From NCBI GenBank assembly GCA_043732185.1, contig JAYTHY010000074.1:1-64000 (forward strand): 64,000 nucleotides of DNA, written 5' to 3'. The notes below the pieces were generated by a model that saw nothing but the letters and a program-made list of their open reading frames with translations, was not told the DNA's origin and did not search any database. The DNA is from Fibrobacteria bacterium (GTDB lineage Bacteria > Fibrobacterota > Fibrobacteria > UBA11236). Positions 60,205-64,000 of this stretch are shown piece by piece. The number at the start of each line of letters is the position of its first letter. The first letter of the stretch is position 1. A program made the translations under genes and the position numbers.

Positions 60205-61650
60205 ATGTTAAAATATGCCTGCGCTTTGTCCCTTTTCATCTTGTTCTCCTTCTATGCCCTTTCAGCAAAACCGCTTTATGTTTCCGCTGCAGCAGCAGCC
60301 GGTGGCGATGGAAGTTTAAACAGGCCCTATGCAACATTGCAAAAAGCCGCGGATGTAACCCAGCCAGGCGATACGGTTTACGTTATGAACGGCACGTATT
60401 CCAATGGCGGAACGGATAATGTGGTTCTCCTTTCACATTCCGGAACGGCTTCACAATGGATTGTTTTTATCGCTTACCTTAATCACAAACCCCGCTTGTC
60501 GTTTACAGGCTGGGGCGGATTCAGGAGCCAAAGTGCGGCTTACATTGAAATCAATGGCTTCGAAATTGTCGGAAACCGAGACAACCTTACCTTAGATTTC
60601 GCCAAGTCTCATGGAGGGACGGCGGAGACGGGTGGATCGGGCATCGAGTTCGATGGGCGTGGACAACAAAATCATCCACATCATATCCGCATCCTTAACA
60701 ATTCCATTTTCAAATGTCCGGGAGCAGGCATCAGCATGATCCAAAGCGACTATATCACGGTGGATAACAATAAAATCTGGGGCAACGCCTGGTACTCGCA
60801 ATGGGCGCATAGCGGTTGTACGATATACCAAAGCTGGGGAATCGATACGAATACCACCACCAAAATTTTTGTGACACGCAATTTAGTTTATGATAATCGG
60901 TCCCTAGTCAATTGGGTTGTCACCAGCGCATTATCAGACGGCAACGGAATTATTTTCGACGATTCCAAACACACCCAGAATGGCTCCACCCACGGCGTGT
61001 ATGCGGGCAGAACCCTTATCGCGAATAATATTTCCTTCAATAACGGAGGCGCTGGCATCCATTCCTTTTCAAGCGCACATGTGGATATCGTGAATAACAC
61101 CGGCTATTACAATGGGCAGGTGGTCAATTATGCCAACATTTATGCGGTGGACAGCAAGGACGTACGGGTTTTGAATAATGTGATGGTTTCCGCGCCTGGC
61201 AAACCGTTGACATGGAATAGCGGTGACACAAATGTAACGTACGATTACAACGTCTATTACGGAGATCAGCAACCTATCGTCATGGGCCCGCATGACATTA
61301 AGGAAAATCCACTTTTTGTTAATGCCTCCATCGATCCATTGGTGGCGAACTTCCACATCTCTCAAGGAAGCCCCGCCATTGATAAGGGGACGTCTGCGCT
61401 GACTCTTGTTTCCGATTATGAAGGCAGGCCCAGGCCGCAAAACGGCCTTATGGATATCGGGGCTTATGAGTATACTGCGGCTTCCCTAGTACGCATGCCA
61501 CATGCTAATTTTGGTTCAACTAGGCGCGAAGAAGCGGGAGCGCAGGATGCATTCCGATTTAGTCATGGGAAATCGCAGGTGCTTTTTTTTGAAAATGGGA
61601 TGTGGTTTAATTTAATCGGCAACCTGAATGCCACGTTTAAGTCGCCATAG
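60205..61650 (+). CDS. Secreted right-handed parallel beta-helix protein (pectin-lyase-like fold)
   Basis: Signal peptide, GDGS..PYATLQKA..PGDTVYV..GTY, SDGNGII.D, SPAIDKG..DIGAYEY, short C-terminal tail. Confidence 0.85.
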   Translation: MLKYACALSLFILFSFYALSAKPLYVSAAAAAGGDGSLNRPYATLQKAADVTQPGDTVYVMNGTYSNGGTDNVVLLSHSGTASQWIVFIAYLNHKPRLSFTGWGGFRSQSAAYIEINGFEIVGNRDNLTLDFAKSHGGTAETGGSGIEFDGRGQQNHPHHIRILNNSIFKCPGAGISMIQSDYITVDNNKIWGNAWYSQWAHSGCTIYQSWGIDTNTTTKIFVTRNLVYDNRSLVNWVVTSALSDGNGIIFDDSKHTQNGSTHGVYAGRTLIANNISFNNGGAGIHSFSSAHVDIVNNTGYYNGQVVNYANIYAVDSKDVRVLNNVMVSAPGKPLTWNSGDTNVTYDYNVYYGDQQPIVMGPHDIKENPLFVNASIDPLVANFHISQGSPAIDKGTSALTLVSDYEGRPRPQNGLMDIGAYEYTAASLVRMPHANFGSTRREEAGAQDAFRFSHGKSQVLFFENGMWFNLIGNLNATFKSP

Positions 61651-61746
61651 GTGAGGTGGTTCAGAATTTTATTCACAATCAAAAAATAATGGGTACCTTT
61701 TCCAAAAAAAATGGTACGGTTAGCTAACCACTGGAATTGGGATTTT

Positions 61747-63342
61747 ATGAAAACACGAATGAATGCGTTTTTGGGAGTATTAGTAAGCATCGGATTTGCC
61801 AACAATATTAATACGGGTGGCCTTTCTGGGGTCAACACCACCTACTCTGCGTATAGCATTGGGCAGGGCAGTTATCAATTGGGTTTGTCGCTCAAAGGTG
61901 AGTATGGGAACAAGGCCTTGGAGGAATTTTTGCCCTCCGGCTCCCACAATATTGCAGACGTCAATTTATTTACCCAAGACCTGAGTATCGCCTTGGGTGT
62001 AACCAATTGGATGGATATCGGACTGGATGTCCCCTTTTTCGAAGACGTGATTCCCGGGTTTGAAAATGGCACCACCGGTTTGGGCGACATGGCAGTGGCC
62101 TTGAAGTTGATGCATCCGGGAATGGAACCGACAGCCTTGATTCGTTTGGCCTACATCATGCGAGTCAGCCTTCCCACGGGAGATCCAGCGGCGGGTTATT
62201 ATGCACGAGATCCCCAGTATTCGCATGTGAGCGTTTTCAATACGAGTGGCGCATTTACTTCCGATGGGTACAGCCTCAATCCTATGTTGGCATGGACTTT
62301 TGATTTTACTCGACTCAAAACACCAAAGCCCTTGCTTGTGCATGTCAACTTCGGTATGGATGCTTTGATTTGGACGAAAAAAGCTGCAAACATTCCAGAG
62401 GAGAACTCCGCCATGCTGGGTGGTCTCGCGTTGGAATGGTTGGCGCACAAAGACTGGAGTTTGTTCCTCGATTTCTATGGCAAGTCCCGTATCATCAATG
62501 TGACTGCCGGTCCATTTTTGGATATTTTCGCCAGAGACCAGCTCAACTTGGCCATCGGAACCAAAAAAGTGTACGCATCTGGATGGTCGACGGCGCTGTC
62601 CTTTGAAGGCAGCCTATCTACGCAGGAAAACCGAACCAAATGGTCCACCAATCATAGCGGGGATGGCGTTAAAAACTATATGCTTCAGCCCACTCCCATC
62701 CTTGCAGCCACGCTGAGCATTGGCTTTGGAGGTGTCGGTAAAAATGCGGATTCAGACTTTGATGAAAACCCCAATGCCACTGACAAGTGCCCGAATGATG
62801 CGGAAGACTACGACGGCTACCAAGATGAAGACGGTTGCCCCGATCCCATCCATATTCCCATTGCCCCAGTGGTAGTGCGGGACACCGTGGTGCAGACCAT
62901 TCGTGACACGGTTAGACTAGTCCGCAGTGATACAGTGCGTGTTGCCGTTGTCGACAGCTTAGCTTACAAAACGCAGCAGGATCCCAATGCCATTTTCGGA
63001 TTTGGAAAGACGACTTTTCCATCCATCACTTTCCGGACAGCATCGGATTCACTCAATCTAACGTCCTTTAAAACCTTGAACGATATTGCACAATCCATCA
63101 AAAACTTCCCGGATGTAACTCTTCAGGTTATCGGCTATACGGACAAAACCGGCAGCGAGGAGACCAACATGGCCTTATCCAAGGCTAGAGCAGAAACCGT
63201 GGTCCGCTACCTGGTCAGTCATGGGGCGGATGCAAATCACTTGCAACCCATTGGATTGGGGGCGACCAACCCCGTAGGCAGCAATACTTCGGCTGGAGGT
63301 CGATTCTTAAATCGCCGGGTGGAATTCAAGCGCATCAAGTGA
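61747..63342 (+). CDS. OmpA-family outer membrane protein (beta-barrel, TSP3-like Ca-binding repeat, OmpA domain)
   Basis: DKCPNDAEDYDGYQDEDGCPD; GYTD..N..LS..RA..V; NRRVEF. Confidence 0.9.
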   Translation: MKTRMNAFLGVLVSIGFANNINTGGLSGVNTTYSAYSIGQGSYQLGLSLKGEYGNKALEEFLPSGSHNIADVNLFTQDLSIALGVTNWMDIGLDVPFFEDVIPGFENGTTGLGDMAVALKLMHPGMEPTALIRLAYIMRVSLPTGDPAAGYYARDPQYSHVSVFNTSGAFTSDGYSLNPMLAWTFDFTRLKTPKPLLVHVNFGMDALIWTKKAANIPEENSAMLGGLALEWLAHKDWSLFLDFYGKSRIINVTAGPFLDIFARDQLNLAIGTKKVYASGWSTALSFEGSLSTQENRTKWSTNHSGDGVKNYMLQPTPILAATLSIGFGGVGKNADSDFDENPNATDKCPNDAEDYDGYQDEDGCPDPIHIPIAPVVVRDTVVQTIRDTVRLVRSDTVRVAVVDSLAYKTQQDPNAIFGFGKTTFPSITFRTASDSLNLTSFKTLNDIAQSIKNFPDVTLQVIGYTDKTGSEETNMALSKARAETVVRYLVSHGADANHLQPIGLGATNPVGSNTSAGGRFLNRRVEFKRIK

Positions 63343-63367
63343 TTCAAATTTTAGACGCGGCGGCCTT

Positions 63368-64000
63368 TCAACGGCCGCTCGTTTTCACGCTCCATGCATA
63401 GCCCAAATGCATGTGCATCGATTCCGCTGTAATGGAACCCCTTAAGCCCGACATTAAGGATTGTGGTTCCCGCTTGGTATCGAGCCCCATAAATACCTCC
63501 CCACCACCCAACTGATGCCCGTATTCTAATCCCAAGAGCCGTCCAGAATGCGTGGATCGATATTCGACATAGGGCCTGTTGTCATAGGGTTCACTATCTA
63601 CAGTCCACGCCACATCGCCACGATCAAGAGCCGCGCGGAATACACCAATTTGCACCTGAAAATGCTGAACTTGGCTGTACCAACCCATGCCGAGCAACAA
63701 TGGCCAAATTGTGTAACTCAATTCCGTATTGGATTTTAAAGTATGTGGAAAGGGATTGCCGGGAAAGCTTACGGTTTGTTCCTGGGTTTTTAAGCCATAC
63801 ACTTCTCTTCTGGGCGCAAGCGTCAAAGTAATACCATGCTTCCAACGCGCCGACACCATGGCTCCAAAACTGGATGAAATGTCCATATCTGCTTGCGCTG
63901 GAGCGGGCTTTATCAAAGCCTCGTAATCTGGTGAAGTAATGAATTTAGAGGCGGTAACCCCAATGTGCGGACCGAAAAGAAATTGCACCGGCAACCATCC
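63368..64000 (-). CDS. Probable outer-membrane beta-barrel protein (N-terminus probably outside window)
   Basis: Alternating beta-strand pattern, FGPHIG, aromatic-rich final strand MHLGYAW. Confidence 0.55.
   Translation of the reverse strand, partial: GWLPVQFLFGPHIGVTASKFITSPDYEALIKPAPAQADMDISSSFGAMVSARWKHGITLTLAPRREVYGLKTQEQTVSFPGNPFPHTLKSNTELSYTIWPLLLGMGWYSQVQHFQVQIGVFRAALDRGDVAWTVDSEPYDNRPYVEYRSTHSGRLLGLEYGHQLGGGEVFMGLDTKREPQSLMSGLRGSITAESMHMHLGYAWSVKTSGR

Noticed and set aside
1..64000. CRISPR arrays, IS elements, prophage, tRNA/rRNA, defence systems
   Set aside because: No repeat-spacer arrays, transposase/integrase motifs or structural RNA signatures were seen, and intergenic spaces are short and mostly accounted for.

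Overview
Bacterial chromosomal window, about 50% GC, from a Gram-negative organism (lpxB, TonB systems); protein style suggests an FCB-group/Fibrobacterota-like lineage, which is an inference. Positions 1-39,000 form an unusually complete phosphorus-starvation island: a TonB-dependent receptor, pstSCAB-phoU, a phosphate-porin-like gene, a six-gene TtpB/TtpC/ExbB/ExbD/TonB/TPR energizer, an (alpha/alpha)6 glycosidase-like gene coupled to a PHP-phosphoesterase/GT4 fusion, olsBA-like aminolipid acyltransferases, a secreted metallophosphoesterase, an eroded phytase-like PEP-CTERM pseudogene missed by the ORF track, ppk1-sixA-ppx-ppk1, phoBR and pit/DUF47. A variant Pho box (YTGAAAY heptamers at 11-bp period, in four cases exactly 10 bp upstream of a TANNNT -10) can be read directly in front of most of these units. 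Positions 39,000-64,000 are mostly housekeeping (aspS, lpxB, rlmN, secDF, cysK), plus a cheB interrupted by one stop codon, a sigma28-promoted small gene and several apparently leaderless genes. No rRNA, tRNA, CRISPR array or mobile element was recognised.
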